A stretch of DNA of 60,238 bases from Candidatus Nanoarchaeia archaeon (GCA_035290865.1 DATDTM010000027.1:1-60238); one strand, 5' to 3'. Numbered from the stretch's first letter, positions 1 through 8,714 are shown. Made by a program: numbers and translations. Notes: a model not told the origin generated them from the sequence alone.

Positions 1-102
1 GCTCCATCTCCTGCTTGGGTCTCAAGTAAGTATGGTTTAACTAAAGATTCTACTCTAATAGAGCCTTGCAAAAAATGTGGGGTTTTAGTTAAAAACGATT
101 AA
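1..102 (+). CDS. 3' end of an unidentified CDS running in from outside the window
   Basis: Frame 1 is open from base 1 to TAA at 100-102 (APSPAWVSSKYGLTKDSTLIEPCKKCGVLVKND, contains CxxC); family not recognised. Confidence 0.3.
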   Translation, partial: APSPAWVSSKYGLTKDSTLIEPCKKCGVLVKND

Positions 103-241
103 AGATTAACTCAAAATCAACCCACAAAAGAACCACTAAACCATAACCAAACCTCCCAAACTCAATAGCTCAACTCTCCAAGGCAAACTTTATAAATATA
201 TCGCCATTATGATAACAATTAACACAATAATGATATAAACT

Positions 242-745
242 ATGACTTTATTAAAAACACTAGCCCAGCCGGAAATAAGAACGCTCTTTGGCAAGCGAGA
301 GCTAGTGATAATTAGAAAACAGCTTTTGGGAGTGCTTTTAAAAGGCTCAGAAAAAACCCGGCTTTCCCGAGACATCCGTAAAAAATTTGAAGCTATTGCC
401 TTGTTGATTCCCTCCATAAAAGAATTTGAACTGAAAAAAGGGGCAGAGATTAAAAGATTGGTTGAGACAGCAAAAGAGGCCATTCTGGAAACCAAATTTT
501 TCCCTCGAATAAAGAAAATTATTCTCTTTGGTTCTGTGGCAGAAAACAAGCCCACGCTTCTTTCTGATATCGACTTAGCGGTAGAATTTACTCTCCTGGC
601 CGAGGGAGAGGCTACTCTTTTCCGGAGGGAAGTGCTGGGCCAATTAAACGAGAAATTTGATGTGCAGGTTTATAATCAATTACCAGCAAAGGTTAAAAAA
701 GAAATAGATGAAAAAGGGAAAGTGGTTTATGAACGAACGCATTAA
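242..745 (+). CDS. MntA-like minimal nucleotidyltransferase antitoxin with N-terminal extension
   Basis: GSVAENKPTLLSDID fits GSX10DXD; DVQVYNQLP C-terminal motif; overlaps the downstream HEPN gene; TATA-like TTTATAAATA at about 189-198. Confidence 0.85.
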   Translation: MTLLKTLAQPEIRTLFGKRELVIIRKQLLGVLLKGSEKTRLSRDIRKKFEAIALLIPSIKEFELKKGAEIKRLVETAKEAILETKFFPRIKKIILFGSVAENKPTLLSDIDLAVEFTLLAEGEATLFRREVLGQLNEKFDVQVYNQLPAKVKKEIDEKGKVVYERTH

Positions 746-1142
746 AGATAAGATTAAAGAAATTGAAAAATATTTAATGCAGCTAGAGGAAATAGTGCCA
801 GATAGCTTGGAGGAATACCAAGAAGACTTTAAAGCTAAAGCGGCATGCGAACGTTACTTAGAAAGGTTAGTAGAAGCTGCCGAAGACTTGGCTTTTTTGG
901 CGATTAAACATCTTGACCTGGAATCTCCAGAAGAGGAAAAAGAGATATTTCAAATCCTTTCCCGCACTAAAATAATTAGTTCTGATCTCTCTGATGAACT
1001 TAAACGTGCTAAAGGGATGCGTAATGTCATTGCCCACAAGTATGGGGAAATTGATGACAAAATAACTTTTGCAGCTGCAACAGAAGAAATCGGAAGAGAT
1101 TTAAAAGAACTAATTAAATCTATTAAAAGAAAAATAAACTAA
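729..1142 (+). CDS. HepT-like (DUF86) HEPN ribonuclease toxin
   Basis: MRNVIAHKYG fits RX4HXY; ACERYLERLVEA helix typical of DUF86; start moved to ATG 729 (ORF track 708). Confidence 0.88.
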   Translation: MNERIKDKIKEIEKYLMQLEEIVPDSLEEYQEDFKAKAACERYLERLVEAAEDLAFLAIKHLDLESPEEEKEIFQILSRTKIISSDLSDELKRAKGMRNVIAHKYGEIDDKITFAAATEEIGRDLKELIKSIKRKIN

Positions 1143-1147
1143 GAAAC

Positions 1148-1591
1148 ATGAACAAACAAGAGCTTATCCACAAATTACAGGACATTGAATGGCAAGACTT
1201 TGAAGTAAAAGAAGCAAGAGCGGAAATTCCGAAGAATGTTTGGGAAACAGTAAGTGCTTTTAGCAACACCTCCGGATGGAAGTCATATTATGCCAAGAAG
1301 CCGGTAGTTGAAGGCGACTTTGATTATTATAAGATAACTTTCTATTTAGAGAAGAAAGTAGAGAAGAAAAGTTTTGGGGGCGGAGAAAATGTCCCTGAAA
1401 ATGTCCCTGAAGACAGGAAGGGTCTTATTGTGAAAGAAATTAAAAATAACTCCAAAATAACTATCCCTGAACTTGCTTTAATTTTGAAAGTAAATGAAAA
1501 GACCGTCAAAAGGGACATTGAAAAACTTAAATCTGAAAGAATTATTCACAGAATCGGCCCCGACAAAGGAGGGCATTGGGAGGTAAAATGA
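1148..1591 (+). pseudogene. Internally deleted AlbA_2 (Schlafen-like)/HTH protein
   Basis: N-terminus EWQDFEVKEA...VWETVSAFSNTSG is the start of an AlbA_2 domain. It joins directly to a C-terminal HTH (ITIPELALILKVNEKTVKRDIEKLK...RIGPDKGGHWEV), with the usual middle ATPase-like region absent. A 12-bp tandem repeat GAAAATGTCCCT lies at 1385-1408. Confidence 0.6.
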
Positions 1592-1668
1592 TTAAACCAA
1601 CAAGCATTAAACCAGAACCAAGCTCCACCCGCGAGGGTTACGAACAAGCATACCATTTGGTTATCTAA
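1588..1668 (+). pseudogene. Duplicated 5' fragment of the transketolase C-terminal-subunit gene
   Basis: Translates MIKPTSIKPEPSSTREGYEQAYHLVI*, compared with MPPTPETKSTREGYGQALL at 2612; 19-bp exact repeat TCCACCCGCGAGGGTTACG at 1624-1642 and 2636-2654. Confidence 0.7.
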
Positions 1669-1715
1669 CACAACCAAAAAGCTTAAATATAGCTTAACAA
1701 TTATATCACATAACC

Positions 1716-2069
1716 ATGAACGAGACTAACGAGAAAATACTGCTGGACAATATTAAAGAGTTTACCACTAAAGCTGAAGAAGCAGAGCGGGATACAGCGT
1801 ATAATACTGCTGTAACTTTGTATTTCAAAGCGATTGCGGTGATAGTTGATTTATTCATTTTCAAGAAAGAAAGAATTATTCCTAGTAACCACACTCATCG
1901 GTTCAGGATTCTGGAAGAGAAATATCCCCAGTTGTATGCTCTAGTAGACAAAGACTTTCCTCTTTACCAACATAGTTACAAGCTCAAGTTTAACCAAGAA
2001 TATGCTGAGGTACTGAAGAATGACTTTAAAAAAATTGTTGAATTTACCCAAATTAAGCTCAACCGCTAA
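1716..2069 (+). CDS. HEPN-like all-helical protein (putative TA partner)
   Basis: 117 aa; KAEEAE...YNTAVTLYFKAI...HTHRF pattern resembles HEPN proteins paired with MNTs; no canonical RX4H; directly upstream of an NTase. Confidence 0.55.
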   Translation: MNETNEKILLDNIKEFTTKAEEAERDTAYNTAVTLYFKAIAVIVDLFIFKKERIIPSNHTHRFRILEEKYPQLYALVDKDFPLYQHSYKLKFNQEYAEVLKNDFKKIVEFTQIKLNR

Positions 2070-2610
2070 GAAATTTGCATTAAAATATAAGTTTATTTTT
2101 GATATTGTTATTTATGGCTCTACAGTTAGAGGGAAAACTAAGATTCGAGATGTTGACATAGCAATTATTTGCGGAAAAGAGGTTTCAGTAGGAGAAAAGT
2201 TGGAGCTCGCTCAGGTATTAAAAGCACAGATAAAGCCATTACTCTTGTATGAAATTGATGTTAAGTGCGTAAGCCTTTCTGAATTAATCGACCAAACTTT
2301 TATGGCTAGGGCCGGAATCTTAGCAGAGGGATATTCTTTATTAAAGAAAAGTTTCCTGTCAGTTCAGTTTGGGTTCGAGCCAAGGACTGTTTTTATCTAT
2401 TCTTTAGCAGGGTTAAGCAATTCAAAGAAGACTACTTTTCAATATATTATGAAAGGAAGAAGAGGACAAACAGGATTACTTGTATCTCATAACTGTAAGC
2501 ACTTGGGAAGCGGAGCCATTGCTGTACCATTGATTCACACCGAAGAGTTTAAACAACTATTTGAAAGACAAAAGATTAAATACCAGATGTACTCTACTTT
2601 ATTTTACTAA
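2020..2610 (+). CDS. Pol-beta-superfamily nucleotidyltransferase with extra C-terminal alpha/beta domain
   Basis: DIVIYGSTVRGKTKIRDVDIAII NTase motif; C-terminal ~75 aa (TVFIYSLAGLSN...GAIAVP) resembles Cas2/PaaX-like ferredoxin folds (inference). Confidence 0.75.
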   Translation: MTLKKLLNLPKLSSTAKKFALKYKFIFDIVIYGSTVRGKTKIRDVDIAIICGKEVSVGEKLELAQVLKAQIKPLLLYEIDVKCVSLSELIDQTFMARAGILAEGYSLLKKSFLSVQFGFEPRTVFIYSLAGLSNSKKTTFQYIMKGRRGQTGLLVSHNCKHLGSGAIAVPLIHTEEFKQLFERQKIKYQMYSTLFY

Positions 2611-2611
2611 A

Positions 2612-3544
2612 ATGCCACCAACACCAGAAACAAAATCCACCCGCGAGGGTTACGGACAGGCACTATTAGAATTAGGTAAAGAGAATCCTAAAGTAGTCGC
2701 TTTGTCTGCCGATCTAGTCGAAAGCACCTGCGCCCATCACTTCGCTGAGAAGTATCCGCAACGATTCTTTCAATCCGGTGTAGCCGAACAAAACATGATT
2801 GCTATGGCGGCAGGATTAGCTCTAGAAGGATTTATTCCGTTTGCGTCTTCGTTTGGAGTATTTCTGCCCATGCGCTGCTTGGATCAAATAAGAATTTCAG
2901 TTTGCTACAACCAAGCCAATGTCAAATTAGTAGCTACCCATTGCGGCTTAGCTACCGGAGAAGATGGTGCTACTCATCAGGCGATGGAAGATGTGGCGGC
3001 GTTGAGAGCAATTCCCGGAATGGTTATCATTGAACCGGTAGATTACAATCAAGCGATACAAGCAACGAAAGCAGCAGCGAAACATATCGGTCCGGTTTAT
3101 TTGAGATTTCATCGCGGCAAGTTCAATACACTTACTTCAGCTCAAGAGCCATTTGAAATTGGCAAAGCCCAATTATTACAGAAAGGAGAAAAGCTCACCA
3201 TTATCGGCAGCGGACCGGTTCTTACTGAAGTGCTGAAAGCGAAAGCCCTGTTCAATTTCAAGCCGGAGATAATTAATTGTCCCATGATTAAGCCGTTGGA
3301 CGAGAAAACTATTTTAGCTTCAGTTAAGAAAACCGGTAAAGTATTAGTGATTCAAGACCATCAGGTTCATGGAGGATTAGGAAGTGCGATTGCAGAATTA
3401 TTGACCGGGAAATATCCAGCCAAAGTAAAAATTATTGGAATGCCGGATAAATTCGGCGAATCCGGAAAGCCTAAAGAATTATGGGGAAAGTATGGATTAT
3501 CTGCGAGAAGTATTGTTAGGGAAATAAATTTGTTATTAAAATGA
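2612..3544 (+). CDS. Transketolase, C-terminal (pyrimidine-binding/C) subunit
   Basis: STREGYGQAL, GVAEQNM, GEDGATHQAMED and FGESG motifs; true start ATG 2612 (ORF track 2561). Confidence 0.92.
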   Translation: MPPTPETKSTREGYGQALLELGKENPKVVALSADLVESTCAHHFAEKYPQRFFQSGVAEQNMIAMAAGLALEGFIPFASSFGVFLPMRCLDQIRISVCYNQANVKLVATHCGLATGEDGATHQAMEDVAALRAIPGMVIIEPVDYNQAIQATKAAAKHIGPVYLRFHRGKFNTLTSAQEPFEIGKAQLLQKGEKLTIIGSGPVLTEVLKAKALFNFKPEIINCPMIKPLDEKTILASVKKTGKVLVIQDHQVHGGLGSAIAELLTGKYPAKVKIIGMPDKFGESGKPKELWGKYGLSARSIVREINLLLK

Positions 3545-3597
3545 AGAACAGTATGAATAGATAATATAATTAATAACTTATCCTAAAATTACCAACC

Positions 3598-4536
3598 ATG
3601 AAAAAAATAAAAAAACATCTCTACGAAACTATCATTGTCGGCGGAGGCATTGCCGGCTGTACCGCAGCGATCTATGCTTCCAGAAAGAGGATGGATTACC
3701 TCTTGGTCACAGAAGATTTTGGAGGGCAGTTCCTGGAATCAGGAGAGGTGCTTAACTACCCAGGAATTGTTCAGACTACGGGAGCCGGTTTTTCTAATAT
3801 TATGGAAAGACAATTAAAATTTAATGAAGTAAAAGTTCAAGAGGGTATTAGAGTAGAAAAAATAGTTAGAAAAGGAAAGAATTTTTTATTGCAGACCACT
3901 AAAAAAGATTATCTTACCCAAACGGTAATTCTTTGTACGGGTTCTCATCCCAAAAGATTGAATGTTTTGGGTGAAGAAAAGTTCCGCGGCCGGGGAGTGA
4001 CTTACTGTGCTATCTGCGATGGGCCGCTTTTCAAAGGAAAAGAAGTAGCGGTAATCGGGGGCGGGGATTCTGCCCTGGAAGCAGTGGATTTTTTAGGGAA
4101 AATAGCTAAGAAAATCTATTTGCTGGTTTTAGAAGATAAGCTGAAAGCTCATGAATATCTTCAGGAAAGAGCTAAAAATAATCCCAAATTGAAGATAATC
4201 TATAATGCTAATACTACAGAAATTCTGGGGAATAAATTTGTGGAAAGATTGAGATATGAACAGAAAGGAGATAAGAGAAACAAACTGAAAGAGCTGAAAG
4301 TCCAGGGAATCTTTGTAGAGATCGGCAGAGTAGCTAATTCCGATTTTGTTAAAGAGCTAATAAAATTAGATGAACATGGGCATATTATTGCGGATTGCCA
4401 GACTTTTACTTCTGTTCAGGGAATATTTGCTGCCGGGGATTGCAGTTCTGTACATGAATACCAATATGTGATTTCCGCTGGAATGGCCTGTACTGCTTTG
4501 CTCAAGACGGCAAGGTATTTGGCTGGGAGGAAGTAG
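3598..4536 (+). CDS. trxB: Thioredoxin-disulfide reductase
   Basis: GGGIAG FAD motif, YCAICDG active site, GGGDSA NADPH motif, FAAGD. Confidence 0.92.
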   Translation: MKKIKKHLYETIIVGGGIAGCTAAIYASRKRMDYLLVTEDFGGQFLESGEVLNYPGIVQTTGAGFSNIMERQLKFNEVKVQEGIRVEKIVRKGKNFLLQTTKKDYLTQTVILCTGSHPKRLNVLGEEKFRGRGVTYCAICDGPLFKGKEVAVIGGGDSALEAVDFLGKIAKKIYLLVLEDKLKAHEYLQERAKNNPKLKIIYNANTTEILGNKFVERLRYEQKGDKRNKLKELKVQGIFVEIGRVANSDFVKELIKLDEHGHIIADCQTFTSVQGIFAAGDCSSVHEYQYVISAGMACTALLKTARYLAGRK

Positions 4537-4559
4537 AAGAAAATAAAATCAAGTGGTAA

Positions 4560-4643
4560 AATAAAGTCGTTTCCACCGGTCTTTGACCGGTGGTGCACTC
4601 CTAAGTCAAAATGCTCAGCTCCCATTATGCGAGCATTTTGACT
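4560..4643. repeat. Double-hairpin dispersed repeat, copy A (between convergent genes; possible bidirectional terminator or REP/MITE-like element)
   Basis: Perfect 9-bp stem 4573-4581/4585-4593 and 13-bp stem 4604-4616/4631-4643; 55 of 62 nt identical to 59946-60007. Confidence 0.8.
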
Positions 4644-4673
4644 AAAAGAAAAAAAAGAATAAAAAATAAAAAT

Positions 4674-5174
4674 CTATTCAACTACAAATTTACCTTTCAT
4701 CTTAATATGGCCAGCTCCGCAAGGGACTGAACAATAATAAATGAAAGTGCCTTTCTTATCTGCGACAAATTCAATGGTCTTAGTTTCTCCGCCTTCTATT
4801 TTCTCTTTAATTCCAAATTCCGCAATAGCAAATCCATGGGCAATATCTTCACTAGTTATAGTGAACTTTACTTTATCTCCCTTATTTACTTGGATTTCGC
4901 TCGGAAGGAATTCCCAGCTCTTAGCAGTGATGGCAAATTCTTTGACGCCTGCTGCTGTTGGCAAAGTCTCTACAATATTTGAGCTAGTATATTCTGGCTC
5001 GGTTACTACTACTGTTTCTGGTTGAGTTACGGTTTCTGAGGTTGCATCTTCAGAAATTGTATCCACTACCACTCCGCCGGTAGGTTGGGTACTCTCTTTA
5101 CTACAACCAATCACCAATAAGCTCAAAATGGCTAATGCTAAAACCATTAATATCTCTTTTCTCATAAGTTCCAC
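4674..5174 (-). CDS. Cupredoxin-domain lipoprotein (CuA-type ligand set)
   Basis: Signal/lipobox-like LLVIGC; HGF and YCSVPCGAGHIKM (CxxxCxxxHxxM); SD GGAGGTGG upstream. Confidence 0.8.
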   Translation of the reverse strand: MELMRKEILMVLALAILSLLVIGCSKESTQPTGGVVVDTISEDATSETVTQPETVVVTEPEYTSSNIVETLPTAAGVKEFAITAKSWEFLPSEIQVNKGDKVKFTITSEDIAHGFAIAEFGIKEKIEGGETKTIEFVADKKGTFIYYCSVPCGAGHIKMKGKFVVE

Positions 5175-5298
5175 CTCCTAATTCTGAAAAAGAAAGAGTG
5201 GTATATTTAAACTTTATTGTTCTGGGTTGATTAGGAGAGCAATCAAAATGCCAAAAAAACCCAAAATGTTTAAAAACGGAACAAATAAAGCTTAATTT

Positions 5299-5940
5299 AT
5301 GGCCAAAACAACTAAAAAGAAACTGGAAGAGCCTTTAGAATCTGAAGAAGCAGCAGTAGAAGAGATAAAATTAGCTGAAACTCCTTCAGAGGAGAATAAA
5401 GCTGCTTCTAAAAAGACTAAAATCAAGAGTATTTTAGTGGGAGAGAGAGTTATCACTGAAATCAGCGATGAAGCCAGAGAGCTATATAATCAATCGCGGT
5501 TTGGAACTTTAGCAGAAAGCGGGAAGGTAGAATTATCCTTATTAGAAGGACTTTACCTGGTTGAGAAAGGCAGATTGGACCTGCATAGTGAGAACGGTAA
5601 AGAAGTTAGTATTGAGACTTACATCAAAAAAGCAAGAAAGATCGAGCCTAATTTCTGGATCAGATACTGTGTCTTTAAAGATATTCGGAATCGCGGGTAT
5701 ATTATTAAAACTGCTTTGAAATTCGGGGCAGATTTCCGAGTTTATGATCGAGGAGTCAAACCCGGTGAAGATCATGCCCGTTGGATTGTCTTTCCGGTAC
5801 ATGAAGCGAGCGTCTTTACTTGGCATGAATTTTCTGCCAAGAATAGGGTAGCCCATTCGACCAAGAAAAGATTACTTATTGGAGTAGTGGATGAGGAAGG
5901 AGATGTGACCTACTACGAAATTAAGTGGATGAGGCCGTAA
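5299..5940 (+). CDS. endA: tRNA-intron (splicing) endonuclease catalytic subunit
   Basis: KTALKFGADFRVY (Tyr), GEDH (His), AKNRVAHSTKKRLLIGVVD (Lys) triad; LSLLEGLYL motif. Confidence 0.92.
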   Translation: MAKTTKKKLEEPLESEEAAVEEIKLAETPSEENKAASKKTKIKSILVGERVITEISDEARELYNQSRFGTLAESGKVELSLLEGLYLVEKGRLDLHSENGKEVSIETYIKKARKIEPNFWIRYCVFKDIRNRGYIIKTALKFGADFRVYDRGVKPGEDHARWIVFPVHEASVFTWHEFSAKNRVAHSTKKRLLIGVVDEEGDVTYYEIKWMRP

Positions 5941-6040
5941 GTTATATAAATAAACGATTATTTGTATTCACAATTCACAAAATCTTTATTCCATTTAAAG
6001 TTGGTTAACTTAGCATAGTTTAATTAGGAAGTGTTACAAA

Positions 6041-6448
6041 ATGAGGATAAACGATGAAAAAGCAAAATATGGGGGAAGTTGTGCCCAAGATTTAATGTTT
6101 CTTGAAGTGAGGTATAACGATTTTTTAATAGCAAGTGGAAATCGGGCTTATAATCCTACTACTAAAGAATTTAGAGAATGGATTAAGCATCTAAATTCTC
6201 GCGTGAAAAGTATACAAGGATATGTGCGTCATACTAGTCCTTTAAGAGTTCATCCTTCAGAAGGTGAAATTAATCAAATTTTTGCAGTATTGAAAGGAGT
6301 TACGGATGTCATTATTCCTATCAATGATGAAGCACATTTATTTAAAGATGAATCTGTCAAAAGAAAAGTTTTAAAATATTTCTATCTATTTTCAGGTCAT
6401 TTAACAAAGTTACGAGAGGAACTATCTAGAGAAGGATTTAAAGTTTAA
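6041..6448 (+). CDS. Hypothetical protein
   Basis: 135-aa ORF with upstream AT-rich promoter and GGAAG; no recognised motif. Confidence 0.6.
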   Translation: MRINDEKAKYGGSCAQDLMFLEVRYNDFLIASGNRAYNPTTKEFREWIKHLNSRVKSIQGYVRHTSPLRVHPSEGEINQIFAVLKGVTDVIIPINDEAHLFKDESVKRKVLKYFYLFSGHLTKLREELSREGFKV

Positions 6449-6532
6449 ATGGGACAGAATCGTAGACAGTTTTTAATTATCTACTCTCCAAGCTAGAAAA
6501 CTATTTAAAAGAAATTAGCTAGCTGTAGTAGT

Positions 6533-7528
6533 ATGCAGGATTTAGATAAGATTGTCCAATTTCTGAAGTTTATAGGCCCGACCCTGCCGGCAAAAGTGGC
6601 TAAGAATATCAAAACAGATGTACTGCTAGCTTCAGCAATGTTATCGGACCTAGCTGCCCAGAAGAAAGTTAAATTATCCTCACTGAAGATAGGCGGTTCG
6701 CCATTATATTATCTTCCCGGACAGGAAGAGCAATTGTACAATTTCGCTTCTGGGAATCTTAATCCCAAAGACTTGACTACTCTAGAGAAACTGAAAGAAA
6801 AGAAAGTTCTTCGGGAAGCGGATCTGGAGCTGCTGGAAAAAGTTGGCTTGCGCAACCTGAAAGATTTTGCGGTTCCTCTAAACGTGAAAGTGGAAGATAA
6901 GTCAGAACTGTTCTGGAAATGGCATCTTTCCAAGGCTGAAGAAGTGAATCAAGTTATTGCGGAGATTCTGGCAGGTAATCAAGGGGTTGAGATGGTTCCG
7001 GAAACTGCACTTAAACCAACTACCGAGCCAGAAATTGTTTTGATAAAAACAACAGAACCAACCCCTCTTCCGGAAATTAAATTAGAGTTAAAACCGGAGA
7101 TCTTTGTGGAAAAAAGAATAGAACTAACTAAAGAGAATAAAATAGAACAGCAGCAGACTTTGATGGAAGAATTACCTGCTGAAAAAGTAAAACGCAAAAG
7201 AAGAGAGATTGCGGATGAATTTACTCCTCAACTGCGCAAATATTTTGAAGAGTTAAGAGTATTAATCAATTCTGAGGAAGTTATCAGAAAAAATTCAGAA
7301 TTGAATTTCTTATTGAAAGTGCCTTCTTCAGTAGGTTATATCACTTATTTCGGAAAGGCTAAAGCGAAAAGCAAATGCGATGAAAAAGATTTATCTGCGG
7401 CCTATATGGAAGCGCAGATCAAGAAATTGCCTTTATTGTTTTTGTATACTACAGAACTAACTAAGAAGGCTCAGGAGATGTTGGAAACAGGAGCTTTTGA
7501 GAATGCCATCGTAAAGAAAGTGGAATAA
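6533..7528 (+). CDS. Conserved-type hypothetical protein (N-terminal winged-helix-like, low-complexity linker, C-terminal nuclease-like alpha/beta domain)
   Basis: GPTLPAKVAK...SAMLSDL...GGSPLYY N-terminus; Pro/Glu-rich linker; domain calls are inference. Confidence 0.6.
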   Translation: MQDLDKIVQFLKFIGPTLPAKVAKNIKTDVLLASAMLSDLAAQKKVKLSSLKIGGSPLYYLPGQEEQLYNFASGNLNPKDLTTLEKLKEKKVLREADLELLEKVGLRNLKDFAVPLNVKVEDKSELFWKWHLSKAEEVNQVIAEILAGNQGVEMVPETALKPTTEPEIVLIKTTEPTPLPEIKLELKPEIFVEKRIELTKENKIEQQQTLMEELPAEKVKRKRREIADEFTPQLRKYFEELRVLINSEEVIRKNSELNFLLKVPSSVGYITYFGKAKAKSKCDEKDLSAAYMEAQIKKLPLLFLYTTELTKKAQEMLETGAFENAIVKKVE

Positions 7529-7550
7529 ATATTTTTTAAATCTCACTCTT

Positions 7551-8675
7551 TTGAAAATGCCCCAAAAACAAGATTTGGTTATTGATGATTTAGAGTACTT
7601 TGAAGAGCTTAAAGCTAGGAAGACTTTTCCTTTGCACATGCATTGGGATGGTTCGGTTCCAGTAGGGAGTTTATTTTCTTTTACGGAAAGAAGAGGAAAG
7701 ATGATCTTTCTTCCAGATAATGATATCAATGGTGAGAGAATCCGATATGATTCTTTTACCCAGAGATTGATCAGTACTCCGGAAAAATTGCGCGAATTCC
7801 AGTATGGATTACTAACCTTTTATAAGATGGGAGATGTTTTTGGGATACCAATCTCATTCATGCAGACTAAAGAAGATTTAGAGGAGATGGCCAAAGCTCT
7901 TTGCCGCTATCTTAAAACCCAGAATTCTCCTTACGCAGAAGTACGTTTTGCTCCTCAATACCATCTTAAAAAAGGATTAAGTTTAGATCAGGTAATCGGC
8001 TATTCTTTAGATGGTTTTAGGGAAGGTGAAGAACAGACCGGGGTTAAAACAAAACTGATTATTTGTATTGCCCGAGATGAAGCTCCGGAAATCGGGGAAG
8101 CAGTAGTGAGGGCAGCTTTACAATTTGCGGAAAGAGGGGTGGTGGGAATAGATCTAGCCTGCTACGAGCCGGGAAATCCTCCCGAGAAACATCTTCCCGC
8201 TTTTCAATTGACTTTTGATTCTCCCCTTAAAAGAACAGTACATGCAGGAGAGATGGGTGCGGAAGAAGAAAATCTTAGAAATACTTATGTCGCGCTTACA
8301 GAGCTGCGGGCAGACGGAATCAGTCATTCCCGCCATTTGTACCAGAGATATTACCAAGATAAAGATTTAATCGAAATGATGATCCAGCGAGGAGTGCGCT
8401 TGGAGTCTAATCCTCTCTCTAATTATCAATTCTTTATCCAGAATTTAGAAGAACTGCATTTGGATGAGTTGGTAGATGCAGGGTTAATGATAACAGTAAA
8501 TCCCGATGACCCAGCGATGTGGAAAAATGGGGATTTAGTGGATAGCTTATATTTTTTAGGTAAGCTTTACGGAGATGGTTTTGTTAAAAAAGTAACTGCT
8601 AATTCTATCCGTGCCTCTTGGGGATTGAGTGAAGAAGAGAAGAAAGGTTATCTGACGGAAATGATCCTAAATTAA
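7551..8675 (+). CDS. Adenosine/adenine deaminase family protein
   Basis: HMHWDGS metal motif, YAEVRFAP, TVHAGE, ESNPLSN, NPDDP. Confidence 0.85.
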   Translation: MKMPQKQDLVIDDLEYFEELKARKTFPLHMHWDGSVPVGSLFSFTERRGKMIFLPDNDINGERIRYDSFTQRLISTPEKLREFQYGLLTFYKMGDVFGIPISFMQTKEDLEEMAKALCRYLKTQNSPYAEVRFAPQYHLKKGLSLDQVIGYSLDGFREGEEQTGVKTKLIICIARDEAPEIGEAVVRAALQFAERGVVGIDLACYEPGNPPEKHLPAFQLTFDSPLKRTVHAGEMGAEEENLRNTYVALTELRADGISHSRHLYQRYYQDKDLIEMMIQRGVRLESNPLSNYQFFIQNLEELHLDELVDAGLMITVNPDDPAMWKNGDLVDSLYFLGKLYGDGFVKKVTANSIRASWGLSEEEKKGYLTEMILN

Positions 8676-8714
8676 CCTAAACTTTTTTAAGTGCGGAAAG
8701 AAATCTTCTTCTCC

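Noticed and set aside
4416-4625. 69-aa minus-strand ORF
   Set aside because: Overlaps the trxB 3' end and the hairpin repeat; not protein-like
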